A stretch of DNA of 64,000 nucleotides from the human T2T-CHM13v2.0 reference genome, Homo sapiens, in NCBI RefSeq assembly GCF_009914755.1, contig NC_060926.1. One strand, 5' to 3'. A program made the position numbers and the translations under genes. The notes beneath the pieces were generated by a model. The model was not told where the DNA came from and ran no database searches. It was given only the letters and a program-made list of their open reading frames with translations. This document shows, piece by piece, positions 1 through 13,974 of the stretch. Position 1 is the stretch's first letter; the number at the start of each line of letters is the position of its first letter.

Positions 1-361
1 AGCCAGCCAAGCCAGCCAAGCCAGCCAAGCCAGTCAGCCAGAAAAGCCAGCCAAGCCTGCCAGCCAGTCAAGCCAGCCAAGCCTGCCAGCCAGCCAAGCC
101 AACGAAGACACCCAGCCAGCCAAGCAAGCCAAGCCACCCAGCCAGCCAAGCCTGCCAAGAGACCCAGCAACCCAAGCCAGCCAAGACACCCAGCCAGCCA
201 AGCTAGCCAAGACACCCAGCCAGCGAAGCCAGCCAGCCAGCCAGCCAAGCCTGCCAAGCCACCCAGCCAGCCAAGCCAGGCAAACAACCCAGCCAGCCAA
301 GCCAGTCAAGCCACCCAGCCAGCCAAGCCGGCCAAGCCACCCAGCCAGCCAAGCCGGCCAA

Positions 362-915
362 GCCACTCAGCCAGCCAAGCCAGCCAGCCAGCCAAGCCGG
401 CCAAGCCACTCAGCCAGCCAAGATGGCCAAGCCACCCAGTCAAGCCAGCTAAGCCAGCCAGGCAGCCAAGCCAGCCAAGCCAGCCAAGACCTCCAGCCAG
501 CCAAGAAAGGCATGCCAGCCAAGCCAGCCAGGGAGCCAAGCCAGCCAGCAAGCAAAGCCAGGCATGCCAGCCAAGCCAGCCTGCCAGCCAAGCCGGCCAA
601 GCCAGCCAGCCAGCCAAGCCAGCCAAGCCAGCCAGCCAGCCAAGCCAGCCAAGCAAGCCAGCAAGCCAGCCAGCCAAGCCAGCCAGCCAAACCAGCCAAG
701 CCAGCCAGCCAGCCAAGCCACCCAAGACACCCAGCCAGCCAGCCAGCCAAGCCAGCCAAGCCACCCAGCCAGCCAAGCCAGCCAAGCAAGCCAGGCAAGC
801 CAGCCAAGCCAGCCAGCCAGCCAGCCACCCAGCCACCCAGCCAGCCAAGCCAGCCAGCCACCCAGCCGGCCAGGCCAGCCTGCCACCCAGCCAGCCAAGC
901 CAGACAAGCCAGCCA

Positions 916-948
<33 letters not shown>

Positions 949-3900
949 AGCCAGCCAAGCCTCCCAGCCAGCCAAGCCAGCCAAGCCACCCAGCCAGCCA
1001 AGCCAGCCAAGCCACCTAGCCAGCCAGGCCCACCAGCCAGCCAGCCAGGCAGCCAAGCCAGCCAAGCCAGTCAAGCCCGCCAGCCAGCCAAGACAGGCAT
1101 GCCAGCCAAGCCAGCCAGGCCCGCCAGCCAGCCAAGACAGGCATGCCAGCCAAGCCAGCCAGGCAGCCAAGTCAGCCAAGCCAGGCAGCAAGCAAAGCCA
1201 GGCATGCCAGCCCAGCCAGCCAGGCAGCCAAGCCAGCAAAACCAGCCAGCCAGCCAAGCCAGGCATGCCAGCCAAGCCATCCAGCCAGCTAAGCCAGCCG
1301 GCTAGCCAAGCCAGACAAGCCACCCGGCCATCCAAGCCAGCCAGCCAAGCCGGCCAAGCCAGCCAACCAGCAAAGCCAGTCAGCTAGCCAAGCCAGCCAA
1401 CCAGCCAGCCAGCTAAGCTGGCCAGCCTGCCAGCCAACCAAGCCGGCCAGACAGCCAAGGCAGCCAAGCCGGCCAGGCAGCCAAGCCAGCCAAGCCACCG
1501 ACCCAGCCAAGCCAGCCAAGCCACCCAAGCCACCCAGCCAGCCCAGACAGCCAAGCCAGGCAGCCAGCCAAGCCAGCCAGCCAGCAAAGCCAGGCAGCCA
1601 GCCAAGCCAGTCAAGCCAGACAGCCAGCCAAGCCAGCCAGCCAGCCAAGCGAGCCAAGCCAGCCAGCCAGCCAGGCCAGCCAGCCACCCAGCCAGCCAAG
1701 CCAGCCAGCCACCCAACCAGCCAGGCCAGCCTGCCACCCAGCCAGCCAAGCCAGACAAGCCTGCGAAGCCAGTCAGCCACCCAGCCAGCCAGGCCAGCCA
1801 GCCACCCAGTCAGCCAAGCCATCCAAGCCAGCCGGCCAGCACAGACAGCCAAGCCAGCCACCCAGTCAGCCAAGCCATCCAAGAGAGCCAGCCAGCCCAG
1901 ACAGCCAAGCCAGCCAGCCAGCCAAGCCAGCCAAGCAAGCCAGCAAGCCAGCCAGCCAAGCCAGCCAGCCAAACCAGCCAAGCCACCCAGCCAGCCAAGC
2001 CACCCAAGACACCCAGCCAGCCAGCCAGCCAGCCAAGCCAGCCAAGCCACCCAGCCAGCCAAGCCAGCCAAGCAAGCCAGCCAAGCCAGCGCAGCCAGGA
2101 GCCAGCCAAGCCAGCCAAGCCAGCCAAGCCTGCCAAGCCAGCCAGCCAGCCAAGCCTGCAAAGCCAGCCAGCCAGCAAAGCCAGCCAAGTCAGCCTGCCA
2201 AGCCAGCCAAGACAACCAGCAAGCCAAGCCAGCCAAGCCAGCCAAGGCAGCCAAGCCAGTCAGCCAGCCAAGCTAGCCAAGCCAGGCAGCCATCCAAGCC
2301 AGCCAGCCATCCAAGCCAATGAAGCCAGCCAGCCAGCCAAGACACCCAAGCCAGCCAACTCAGCCAGCTAGCCAAGCCAGCCAAGCCAGCCAGCCAGTCA
2401 AGCCAGCCAAGCCAGCCAGCCAACCAGGCCAGCTAAACCAGCCAGCCAGCCAGGCCAGCCAGCCAACCCAGCCACCGCAGCCAGCCCAGCCAGCCACACA
2501 AGCCAGCCAAGTCAGCCAGCCAGCCAAGCCAGCCAAGTCAGCCAAGCCAGCCAGCCAGCCAAGCCAGCCAAGCCAGCCAAGCCACTCAGCCAGCCAAGCC
2601 AGCCAGCTAGCCAAGCCGGCCAAGCCACTCAGCCAGCCAAGATGGCCAAGCCACCCAGTCAAGCCAGCTAAGCCAGCCAGGCAGCCAAGCCAGCCAAGCC
2701 AGCCAAGACCTCCAGCCAGCCAAGAAAGGCATGCCAGCCAAGCCAGCCAGGGAGCCAAGCCAGCCAGCAAGCAAAGCCAGGCATGCCAGCCAAGCCAGCC
2801 AGCCAGCCAAGCCGGCCAAGCCAGCCAGCCAGCCAAGCCAGCCAAGCCAGCCAGCCAGCCAAGCCAGCCAAGCAAGCCAGCAAGCCAGCCAGCCAAGCCA
2901 GCCAGCCAAACCAGCCAAGCCAGCCAGCCAGCCAAGCCACCCAAGACACCCAGCCAGCCAGCCAGCCAAGCCAGCCAAGCCACCCAGCCAGCCAAGCCAG
3001 CCAAGCAAGCCAGGCAAGCCAGCCAAGCCAGCCAGCCAGCCAGCCACCCAGCCACCCAGCCAGCCAAGCCAGCCAGCCACCCAGCCGGCCAGGCCAGCCT
3101 GCCACCCAGCCAGCCAAGCCAGACAAGCCAGCCAAGCCAGCCAGCCAGCCAGCCAGCCAGCCAAGCCAGCCAAGCCTCCCAGCCAGCCAAGCCAGCCAAG
3201 CCACCCAGCCAGCCAAGCCAGCCAAGCCACCTAGCCAGCCAGGCCCACCAGCCAGCCAGCCAGGCAGCCAAGCCAGCCAAGCCAGTCAAGCCCGCCAGCC
3301 AGCCAAGACAGGCATGCCAGCCAAGCCAGCCAGGCAGCCAAGCCAGCCAAGCCAGCCAGGCCCGCCAGCCAGCCAAGACAGGCATGCCAGCCAAGCCAGC
3401 CAGGCAGCCAAGTCAGCCAAGCCAGGCAGCAAGCAAAGCCAGGCATGCCAGCCCAGCCAGCCAGGCAGCCAAGCCAGCAAAACCAGCCAGCCAGCCAAGC
3501 CAGGCATGCCAGCCAAGCCATCCAGCCAGCTAAGCCAGCCGGCTAGCCAAGCCAGACAAGCCACCCGGCCATCCAAGCCAGCCAGCCAAGCCGGCCAAGC
3601 CAGCCAACCAGCAAAGCCAGTCAGCTAGCCAAGCCAGCCAACCAGCCAGCCAGCTAAGCTGGCCAGCCTGCCAGCCAACCAAGCCGGCCAGACAGCCAAG
3701 GCAGCCAAGCCGGCCAGGCAGCCAAGCCAGCCAAGCCACCGACCCAGCCAAGCCAGCCAAGCCACCCAAGCCACCCAGCCAGCCCAGACAGCCAAGCCAG
3801 GCAGCCAGCCAAGCCAGCCAGCCAGCAAAGCCAGGCAGCCAGCCAAGCCAGTCAAGCCAGACAGCCAGCCAAGCCAGCCAGCCAGCCAAGCGAGCCAAGC

Positions 3901-6900
3901 CAGCCAGCCAGCCAGGCCAGCCAGCCACCCAGCCAGCCAAGCCAGCCAGCCACCCAACCAGCCAGGCCAGCCTGCCACCCAGCCAGCCAAGCCAGACAAG
4001 CCTGCGAAGCCAGTCAGCCACCCAGCCAGCCAGGCCAGCCAGCCACCCAGTCAGCCAAGCCATCCAAGCCAGCCGGCCAGCACAGACAGCCAAGCCAGCC
4101 ACCCAGTCAGCCAAGCCATCCAAGAGAGCCAGCCAGCCCAGACAGCCAAGCCAGCCAGCCAGCCAAGCCAGCCAAGCAAGCCAGCAAGCCAGCCAGCCAA
4201 GCCAGCCAGCCAAACCAGCCAAGCCACCCAGCCAGCCAAGCCACCCAAGACACCCAGCCAGCCAGCCAGCCAGCCAAGCCAGCCAAGCCACCCAGCCAGC
4301 CAAGCCAGCCAAGCAAGCCAGCCAAGCCAGCGCAGCCAGGAGCCAGCCAAGCCAGCCAAGCCAGCCAAGCCTGCCAAGCCAGCCAGCCAGCCAAGCCTGC
4401 AAAGCCAGCCAGCCAGCAAAGCCAGCCAAGTCAGCCTGCCAAGCCAGCCAAGACAACCAGCAAGCCAAGCCAGCCAAGCCAGCCAAGGCAGCCAAGCCAG
4501 TCAGCCAGCCAAGCTAGCCAAGCCAGGCAGCCATCCAAGCCAGCCAGCCATCCAAGCCAATGAAGCCAGCCAGCCAGCCAAGACACCCAAGCCAGCCAAC
4601 TCAGCCAGCTAGCCAAGCCAGCCAAGCCAGCCAGCCAGTCAAGCCAGCCAAGCCAGCCAGCCAACCAGGCCAGCTAAACCAGCCAGCCAGCCAGGCCAGC
4701 CAGCCAACCCAGCCACCGCAGCCAGCCCAGCCAGCCACACAAGCCAGCCAAGTCAGCCAGCCAGCCAAGCCAGCCAAGTCAGCCAAGCCAGCCAGCCAGC
4801 CAAGCCAGCCAAGCCAGCCAAGCCACTCAGCCAGCCAAGCCAGCCAGCTAGCCAAGCCGGCCAAGCCACTCAGCCAGCCAAGATGGCCAAGCCACCCAGT
4901 CAAGCCAGCTAAGCCAGCCAGGCAGCCAAGCCAGCCAAGCCAGCCAAGACCTCCAGCCAGCCAAGAAAGGCATGCCAGCCAAGCCAGCCAGGGAGCCAAG
5001 CCAGCCAGCAAGCAAAGCCAGGCATGCCAGCCAAGCCAGCCAGCCAGCCAAGCCGGCCAAGCCAGCCAGCCAGCCAAGCCAGCCAAGCCAGCCAGCCAGC
5101 CAAGCCAGCCAAGCAAGCCAGCAAGCCAGCCAGCCAAGCCAGCCAGCCAAACCAGCCAAGCCAGCCAGCCAGCCAAGCCACCCAAGACACCCAGCCAGCC
5201 AGCCAGCCAAGCCAGCCAAGCCACCCAGCCAGCCAAGCCAGCCAAGCAAGCCAGGCAAGCCAGCCAAGCCAGCCAGCCAGCCAGCCACCCAGCCACCCAG
5301 CCAGCCAAGCCAGCCAGCCACCCAGCCGGCCAGGCCAGCCTGCCACCCAGCCAGCCAAGCCAGACAAGCCAGCCAAGCCAGCCAGCCAGCCAGCCAGCCA
5401 GCCAAGCCAGCCAAGCCTCCCAGCCAGCCAAGCCAGCCAAGCCACCCAGCCAGCCAAGCCAGCCAAGCCACCTAGCCAGCCAGGCCCACCAGCCAGCCAG
5501 CCAGGCAGCCAAGCCAGCCAAGCCAGTCAAGCCCGCCAGCCAGCCAAGACAGGCATGCCAGCCAAGCCAGCCAGGCAGCCAAGCCAGCCAAGCCAGCCAG
5601 GCCCGCCAGCCAGCCAAGACAGGCATGCCAGCCAAGCCAGCCAGGCAGCCAAGTCAGCCAAGCCAGGCAGCAAGCAAAGCCAGGCATGCCAGCCCAGCCA
5701 GCCAGGCAGCCAAGCCAGCAAAACCAGCCAGCCAGCCAAGCCAGGCATGCCAGCCAAGCCATCCAGCCAGCTAAGCCAGCCGGCTAGCCAAGCCAGACAA
5801 GCCACCCGGCCATCCAAGCCAGCCAGCCAAGCCGGCCAAGCCAGCCAACCAGCAAAGCCAGTCAGCTAGCCAAGCCAGCCAACCAGCCAGCCAGCTAAGC
5901 TGGCCAGCCTGCCAGCCAACCAAGCCGGCCAGACAGCCAAGGCAGCCAAGCCGGCCAGGCAGCCAAGCCAGCCAAGCCACCGACCCAGCCAAGCCAGCCA
6001 AGCCACCCAAGCCACCCAGCCAGCCCAGACAGCCAAGCCAGGCAGCCAGCCAAGCCAGCCAGCCAGCAAAGCCAGGCAGCCAGCCAAGCCAGTCAAGCCA
6101 GACAGCCAGCCAAGCCAGCCAGCCAGCCAAGCGAGCCAAGCCAGCCAGCCAGCCAGGCCAGCCAGCCACCCAGCCAGCCAAGCCAGCCAGCCACCCAACC
6201 AGCCAGGCCAGCCTGCCACCCAGCCAGCCAAGCCAGACAAGCCTGCGAAGCCAGTCAGCCACCCAGCCAGCCAGGCCAGCCAGCCACCCAGTCAGCCAAG
6301 CCATCCAAGCCAGCCGGCCAGCACAGACAGCCAAGCCAGCCACCCAGTCAGCCAAGCCATCCAAGAGAGCCAGCCAGCCCAGACAGCCAAGCCAGCCAGC
6401 CAGCCAAGCCAGCCAAGCAAGCCAGCAAGCCAGCCAGCCAAGCCAGCCAGCCAAACCAGCCAAGCCACCCAGCCAGCCAAGCCACCCAAGACACCCAGCC
6501 AGCCAGCCAGCCAGCCAAGCCAGCCAAGCCACCCAGCCAGCCAAGCCAGCCAAGCAAGCCAGCCAAGCCAGCGCAGCCAGGAGCCAGCCAAGCCAGCCAA
6601 GCCAGCCAAGCCTGCCAAGCCAGCCAGCCAGCCAAGCCTGCAAAGCCAGCCAGCCAGCAAAGCCAGCCAAGTCAGCCTGCCAAGCCAGCCAAGACAACCA
6701 GCAAGCCAAGCCAGCCAAGCCAGCCAAGGCAGCCAAGCCAGTCAGCCAGCCAAGCTAGCCAAGCCAGGCAGCCATCCAAGCCAGCCAGCCATCCAAGCCA
6801 ATGAAGCCAGCCAGCCAGCCAAGACACACAAGCCAGCCAACTCAGCCAGCTAGCCAAGCCAGCCAAGCCAGCCAGCCAGTCAAGCCAGCCAAGCCAGCCA

Positions 6901-7062
6901 GCCAACCAGGCCAGCTAAACCAGCCAGCCAGCCAGGCCAGCCAGCCAACCCAGCCACCGCAGCCAGCCCAGCCAGCCACACAAGCCAGCCAAGTCAGCCA
7001 GCCAGCCAAGCCAGCCAAGTCAGCCAAGCCAGCCAGCCAGCCAAGCCAGCCAAGCCAGCCAA
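362..7062. repeat. Three tandem copies of a ~2241-bp higher-order repeat within the satellite
   Basis: Copies start at 362, 2581 and 4822. Identical ORF-track peptides recur at a 2241 offset (1289/3530/5771; 2319/4560/6801). Copy 1 is a net 22 bp shorter. Confidence 0.93.
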
Positions 7063-10000
7063 GCCAGTCAGCCAGCCAAGCCAGCCAAGCCAGCCAAGCC
7101 AGTCAAGCCAGTCAGCCAGCCAAGCCAGCCAAGCCAGCCAGCCAGCCCAGACAGCCAAGCCAGCCAGCCAGCCAAGCCAGCCAAGCAAGCCAGCAAGCCA
7201 GCCAGCCAAGCCAGCCAGCCAAACCAGCCAAGCCACCCAGCCAGCCAAGCCACCCAAGACACCCAGCCAGCCAGCCAGCCAAGCCAGCCAAGCCACCCAG
7301 CCAGCCAAGCCAGCCAAGCCAGCCAAGCCTGCCAAGCCAACCATCCAGCCAAGCCTGCAAAGCCAGCCCGCCAGCAAAGCCAGCCAAGTCAGCCTGCCAA
7401 GCCAGCCAAGACAGCCAGCAAGCCAAGCCAGCCAAGCCAGCCAGCCAAGCCAGCCAAGGCAGCCAAGCCAGTCAGCCAGCCAAGCTAGCCAAGCCAGGCA
7501 GCCATCCAAGCCAGCCAGCCATCCAAGCCAATGAAGCCAGCCAGCCAGCCAAGCCACCCAAGCCAGCCAAGCCAGCCAGCCAAGCCAGCTAGCCAAGCCA
7601 GCCAAGGCAGCCAAGCCAGTCAGCCAGCCAAGCTAGCCAAGCCAGGCAGCCATCCAAGCCAGCCAGCCATCCAAGCCAATGAAGCCAGCCAGCCAGCCAA
7701 GCCACCCAAGCCAGCCAAGCCAGCCAACTCAGCCAGCCAGCCAAGCCAGCCAAGCCAGCCAGCCAGTCAAGCCAGCCAAGCCAGCCAGCTAACCAAGCCA
7801 GCTAAACCAGCCAGCCTGCCAAGCCAGCCAAGCCAGCCAGCCAGCCAGGCCAGCCAGGCCAGCCAGCCAGCCCAGCCAGCCAAGCCAGCCAGCCACCCAG
7901 CCACCCAAGACAGCTAAACCAGCCAGCCTGCCAAGCCAGCCAAGCCAGCCAGCCAGCCAGGCCAGCCAAGCCAGCCAAGCCATTCGAGCCAGCCAGCCAG
8001 CCCAGCCAGCCAAGCCAGCCAGCCAGCCCAGCCAGCCCCGCCAGCCAGCCAACCCAGCCACCGCAGCCAGCCCAGCCAGCCACACAAGCCAGCCAAGTCA
8101 GCCAGCCAGCCAAGTCAGCCAAGCCAGCCCACCAAGGCAGCCATGCCAGCCAGCCAGCCAAGCCAGCCAAGCCAGTCAGCCAGCCAAGCCAGCCAAGCCA
8201 GCCAGCCAGCCAAGCCAGCCAAGCCAGCCAAGTCAACTGAGCCAGCCAAGCCAGTCAGCCAAGCCAGGCAAGCCAGCAAAGTCAGCCAGCCAGCCAAGCC
8301 AGCCAAGCCAGCCCAGCCAGCCCAGCCAGCTAAGCCAGCCCAGCCAGCCAGCCAAGCCATCCAAGCCAGCCAGCCAGCCAGCCAGCCCAGCCAGCCAAGC
8401 CAGCCCAGCCAGCCAACCAAGCCAGCCAGCCAGCCATGCCAGCCAAGCCAGCCAGCCATCCAAGCCAACCAAGCCAGCCAGCCAAGCCAGCCAAGCCAGC
8501 CAAGCCAGCCAAGCCACCCAGGCAGCCAAGCCAGCCAAGCCAGCCAAGCCAGCCAGGCAGCCAAGCCAGCCAAGCCAGCCAAGCCAGCCAGCCAAGCCAG
8601 CCAGCCAGCCAAGAGAGCCAAGCCAGCCATCCAGCCAGGCCATCCAGCCACCCAGCCAGCCAAGCCAGCCTGCCACCCAACCAGCCAGGCCATCCAGCCA
8701 CCCAGCCAGCCAAGCCAGCCTGCCACCCAACCAGCCAGGCCAGCCTGCCACCCAGCCAGCCAAGCCAGACAAGCCTGCGAAGCCAGTCAGCCACCCAGCC
8801 AGCCAGGCCAGCCAGCCACCCAGTCAGCCAAGCCATCCAAGCCAGCCGGCCAGCACAGACAGCCAAGCCAGCCACCCAGTCAGCCAAGCCATCCAAGAGA
8901 GCCAGCCAGCCCAGACAGCCAAGCCAGCCAGCCAGCCAAGCCAGCCAAGCAAGCCAGCAAGCCAGCCAGCCAAGCCAGCCAGCCAAACCAGCCAAGCCAC
9001 CCAGCCAGCCAAGCCACCCAAGACACCCAGCCAGCCAGCCAGCCAAGCCAGCCAAGCCACCCAGCCAGCCAAGCCAGCCAAGCAAGCCAGCCAAGCCAGC
9101 CAAGCCAGGAGCCAGCCCAGCCAGCCAAGCCAGCCAGCCACCCAGCCACCCAAGACAGCTAAACCAGCCAGCCTGCCAAGCCAGCCAAGCCAGCCAGGCC
9201 AGCCAAGCCAGCCAAGCCATTCAAGCCAGCCAGCCAGCCCAGCCAGCCAAGCCAGCCAGCCAGCCCAGCCAGCCCAGCCAGCCAGCCAACCCAGCCACCG
9301 CAGCCAGCCCAGCCAGCCACACAAGCCAGCCAAGTCAGCCAGCCAGCCAAGCCAGCCAAGCCAGCCCGCCAAGGCAGCCATGCCAGCCAGCCAGCCAAAC
9401 CAGCCAAGCCACCCAGCCAGCCAAGCCACCCAAGACAGACAGCCAGCCAGCCAAGCCAGCCAACTAGCCAAGCCAGCCAAGCAAGCCACCAGCCAAGCCA
9501 GCCAAGCCTGCCAGCCAGCAGAGCCAGCCAACCAGCCAAGCCAGCCAGCCAGCCAAACCAGCCAAGCCAGCCAGCCAGCCACTTAAGCCATCCAAGCAAC
9601 CCAGCCAGCCAAGCCAGCCAAGCCACCGACCCAGCCAAGTCAGCCAAGCCACCCAGCCAGCCAAGCCAGCCAAGCCAGCCAAACCAGCCTGCCAGCCAAG
9701 CCAGCCAAGCCATCCAGCCAGCCAAGCCAGCCAGCCAGCCAAGCTAGCCAATCCACTCACCCACTCAAACTAGCCAAGTCACCCGGCCAGCCAAGCCTGC
9801 CAAGCCAGCTAGCCAGCCCAGACAGCCAAGCCAGCCAGCCAGCCAAGCCAACCAAGCCAGCCAGCCAGCCAAGCCAGCCGGCCAGCCAAGCTAGCCAATT
9901 CACTAAGCCACTCAAACCAGCCAAGTCACCCGGCCAGCCAAGCCAGCCAAGCCAGCCAGCCAGCAAAGCCAGCCCAGCCAGCCAGCCAGCCAGCCAGCCG

Positions 10001-11640
10001 AGCCGGCCAAGCCAGACAGCGAGCCCAGCCAGCCCAGCCAGTCAGCCAGCCAAACCAGCCAGCCAGCCAAGCCAGCCAGCCACCCAGCCAAGCCAGCCAC
10101 CCAGCAAAGCCAACCAAGAGACCCAAGCCAGCCAGCAAAGCTGGCCAAACCAGCCAAGCCAGTCAGCCAAGCCAGCCAAGCCGGCCACCCAGCCAAGCCA
10201 GCCAAGCCAGCCAACCAGCCAGACAGCCCAGCCAGACAGCCAGCCCAGGCAGCCAAGAGACCCAAGCCAGCCAGCGAAGCTGGCCAACCCAGCCAAGCCA
10301 GTCAGCCAAGCCAGCCAAGCCGGCCACCCAGCCAAGCCAGCCAAGCCAGCGAACCAGCCAGACAGCCCTGCCAGACAGCCAGCCCAGGCAGCCAAACCAG
10401 ACAAGCCAGCCAGCCAAGTCAGCCAAGCCAGCCAGCCAGACAAGACAGCCAAGCCAGTCAAGCCAGGCAAGCCAGCGAGCCAGCCAAGCCAGCCAACCCA
10501 GCCAGCCAAGCCAGCCAAGACAGCCAGCCAGCCAAGCCGGCCAAGCCAGCCAGCCAAGCAAGCCATGGAAGCCAGACAGCCAGCCAGCCAAGCCAGTCAA
10601 GCCAGCCAGCCAGCCAAACCAGCCAAGCCAGCCAACCCAGCCAGCCAAGCCAGCCAAGCCAGCCAAGCCAGTCAGCCAGAAAAGCCAGCCAAGCCTGCCA
10701 GCCAGTCAAGCCAGCCAAGCCAGCCAGCCAGCCAAGCCAGCGAAGACACCCAGCCAGCCAAGCAAGCCAAGCCACCCAGCCAGCCAAGCCTGCCAAGAGA
10801 CCCAGCAACCCAAGCCAGCCAAGACACCCAGCCAGCCAAGCTAGCCAAGACACCCAGCCAGCGAAGCCAGCCAGCCACCCAGCCAGCCAAGCCAGGCAAA
10901 CAACCCAGCCAGCCAAGCCAGCCAAGCCACCCAGCCAGCCAAGCTGGCCAAGCCACTCAGCCAGCCAAGCCAGCCAGCCAGCCAAGCCGGCCAAGCCACT
11001 CAGCCAGCCAAGATGGCCAAGCCACCCAGTCAAGCCAGCTAAGCCAGCCAGGCAGCCAAGCCAGCCAAGCCAGCCAAGACCTCCAGCCAGCCAAGAAAGG
11101 CATGCCAGCCAAGCCAGCCAGGGAGCCAAGCCAGCCAGCAAGCAAAGCCAGGCATGCCAGCCAAGCCAGCCAGGCAGCCAAGCCAGCCAAGCCAGCCAGC
11201 CAGCCAAGCCAGGCATGCCAGCCAAGCCATCCAGCCAGCTAAGCCAACCAGCAAGCAAAGCCAGGCATGCCAGCCAAGCCAGCCAGCCAGCCAAGCCAGC
11301 CAAGCCAGCCAACCAGTCAAGCCAGTCAGCTAGCCAAGCCAGCCAAGCCACCCGGCCAGCCAAGCCAGCCAGCCAACCCAGCCAAGCCAGCCAACCAGCC
11401 AAGACATTCAGCTAGCCAAGCCAGCCAACCAGCCAGCCAGTCAAGCCGGCCAGCCTGCCAGCCAACCAAGCCAGCCAGACAGCCAAGGCAGCCAAGCCGG
11501 CCAGGCAGCCAAGCCAGCCAAGCCACCGACCCAGCCAAGCCACCCAGCCAGCCAAGACAGCCAAGCCAGCCAAACCAGCCTGCCAGCCAAGCCAGCCAAG
11601 CCATCCAGCCTGCCAAGCCAGCTGGCCAGCCAAGCTAGCC

Positions 11641-12655
11641 AATCCACTCACCCACTCAAGCCAGCCAAGTCACCCGGCCAGCCAAGCCAGCCAAGCCAGC
11701 CAGCCAGCCCAGACAGCCAAGCCAGCCAGCCCAGACAGCCAAGCCAGCCAGCCAGCCAAGCCAGCCAAGCCACCCAGCCAGCCAAGCCAGCCAGCCAAAC
11801 CAGCCAAGCCACCCAGCCAGCCAAGCCACCCAAGACAGCCAGCCAGCCAGCCAAGCCAGCCAACTAGCCAAGCCAGCCAAGCAAGCCACCAGCCAAGCCA
11901 GCCAAGCATGCCAACCAGCAGAGCCAGCCAACCAGCCAAGCCAGCCAGCCAGCCAAGCCAGCCAAGCCAGCCAGCCAGCCACTCAAGCCATCCAAGCAAC
12001 CCAGCCAGCCAAGCCAGCCAAGCCACCCAGCCAGCCAAGCCAGCCAAGCCAGCCAAACCAGCCTGCCAGCCAAGCCAGCCAAGCCATCCAGCCAGCCAAG
12101 CCGGCCGGCCAGCCAAGCTAGCCAATCCACTCACCCACTCAAGCCAGCCAAGTCACCCGGCCAGCCAAGCCAGCCAAGCCAGCCAGCCAGCCCAGACAGC
12201 CAAGCCAGCCAGCCTAGACAGCCAAGCCAGCCAGCCAGCAAAGCCAGCCAAGCCAGCCAGCCAGCCAAGCCAGCCAAGCCACCCAGCCAGCCAAGCCAGC
12301 CAGCCAAACCAGCCAAGCCACCCAGCCAGCCAAGCCACCCAAGACAGCCAGCCAGTCAGACAAGCCAGCCAACTAGCCAAGCCAGCCAAGCAAGCCACCA
12401 GCCAAGCCAGCCAAGCATGCCAACCAGCAGAGCCAGCCAACCAGCCAAGCCAGCCAGCCAGCCAAGCCAGCCAAGCCAGCCAGCCAGCCACTCAAGCCAT
12501 CCAAGCAACCCAGCCAGCCAAGCCAGCCAAGCCACCCAGCCAGCCAAGCCAGCCAAGCCAGCCAAACCAGCCTGCCAGCCAAGCCAGCCAAGCCATCCAG
12601 CCAGCCAAGCCAGCCGGCCAGCCAAGCTAGCCAATCCACTCACCCACTCAAACTA
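11641..12655. repeat. Tandem ~0.5-kb satellite module (483 and 509 bp)
   Basis: Marker AATCCACTCACCCACTCAA at 11641, 12124 and 12633. ORFs beginning MPTSRASQ at 11908 and 12417 are offset by 509. Confidence 0.85.
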
Positions 12656-13974
12656 GCCAAGTCACCCGGCCAGCCAAGCCAGCCAAGCCAGCTAGCCAGC
12701 CCAGACAGCCAAGCCAGCCAGGCAGCCAAGCCAGCCAAGCCAGCCAGCCAGCCAAGCTAGCCAAGCCAGCCAAGACAGCCAAGCCAGCCAGCCAGCCAAA
12801 CCAGCCAGCCAGCCAAGCCAGCCAGCCACCCAGCCAAGCCAGCCACCCAGCAAAGCCAGCCAAGAGACACAAGCCAGCCAGCAAAGCTGGCCAAACCAGC
12901 CAAGCCAGTCAGCCAAGCCAGCCAAGCCGGCCACCCAGCCAAGCCAGCCAAGCCTGCCAACCAGCCAGACAGCCCAGCCAGACAGCCAGCCCAGGCAGCC
13001 AAGAGACCCAAGCCAGCCAGCGAAGCTGGCCAACCCAGCCAAGCCAGTCAGCCAAGCCAGCCAAGCCGGCCACCCAGCCAAGCCAGCAAAGCCAGCCAAC
13101 CAGCCAGACAGCCCTGCCAGACAGCCAGCCCAGGCAGCCAAACCAGACAAGCCAGCCAGCCAAGCCAGCCAAGCCAGCCAGCCAGCCAAGACAGCCAAGC
13201 CAGTCAAGCCAGGCAAGCCAGCGAGCCAGCCAAGCCAGCCAACCCAGCCAGCCAAGCCAGCCAACCCAGCCAGCCAAGCCAGCCAAGACAGCCAGCCAGC
13301 CAAGCCGGCCAAGCCAGCCAGCCAAGCAAGCCATGGAAGCCAGACAGCCAGCCAGCCAAGCCAGTCAAGCCAGCCAGCCAGCCAAACCAGCCAAGCCAGC
13401 CAACCCAGCCAGCCAAGCCAGCCAAGCCAGTCAGCCAGAAAAGCCAGCCAAGCCTGCCAGCCAGTCAAGCCAGCCAAGCCAGCCAGCCAGCCAAGCCGGC
13501 CAAGCCGCCCAGCCAGCCAAGATGGCCAAGCCACCCAGCCAGCCAAGCCTGCCAAGAGACCCAGCAACCCAAGCCAGCCAAGACACCCAGCCAGCCAAGC
13601 TAGCCAAGACACCCAGCCAGCGAAGCCAGCCAAGACAGCCAGCCAGCCAAGCCGGCCAAGCCAGCCAGCCAAGCAAGCCATGGAAGCCAGACAGCCAGCC
13701 AGCCAAGCCAGTCAGCCAAGCCAGCCAAGCCGGCCACCCAGCCAAGCCAGCCAAGCCAGCGAACCAGCCAGACAGCCCTGCCAGACAGCCAGCCCAGGCA
13801 GCCAAACCAGACAAGCCAGCCAGCCAAGCCAGCCAAGCCAGCCAGCCAGCCAAGACAGCCAAGCCAGTCAAGCCAGGCAAGCCAGCGAGCCAGCCAAGCC
13901 AGCCAACCCAGCCAGCCAAGCCAGCCAAGACAGCCAGCCAGCCAAGCCGGCCAAGCCAGCCAGCCAAGCAAGCC

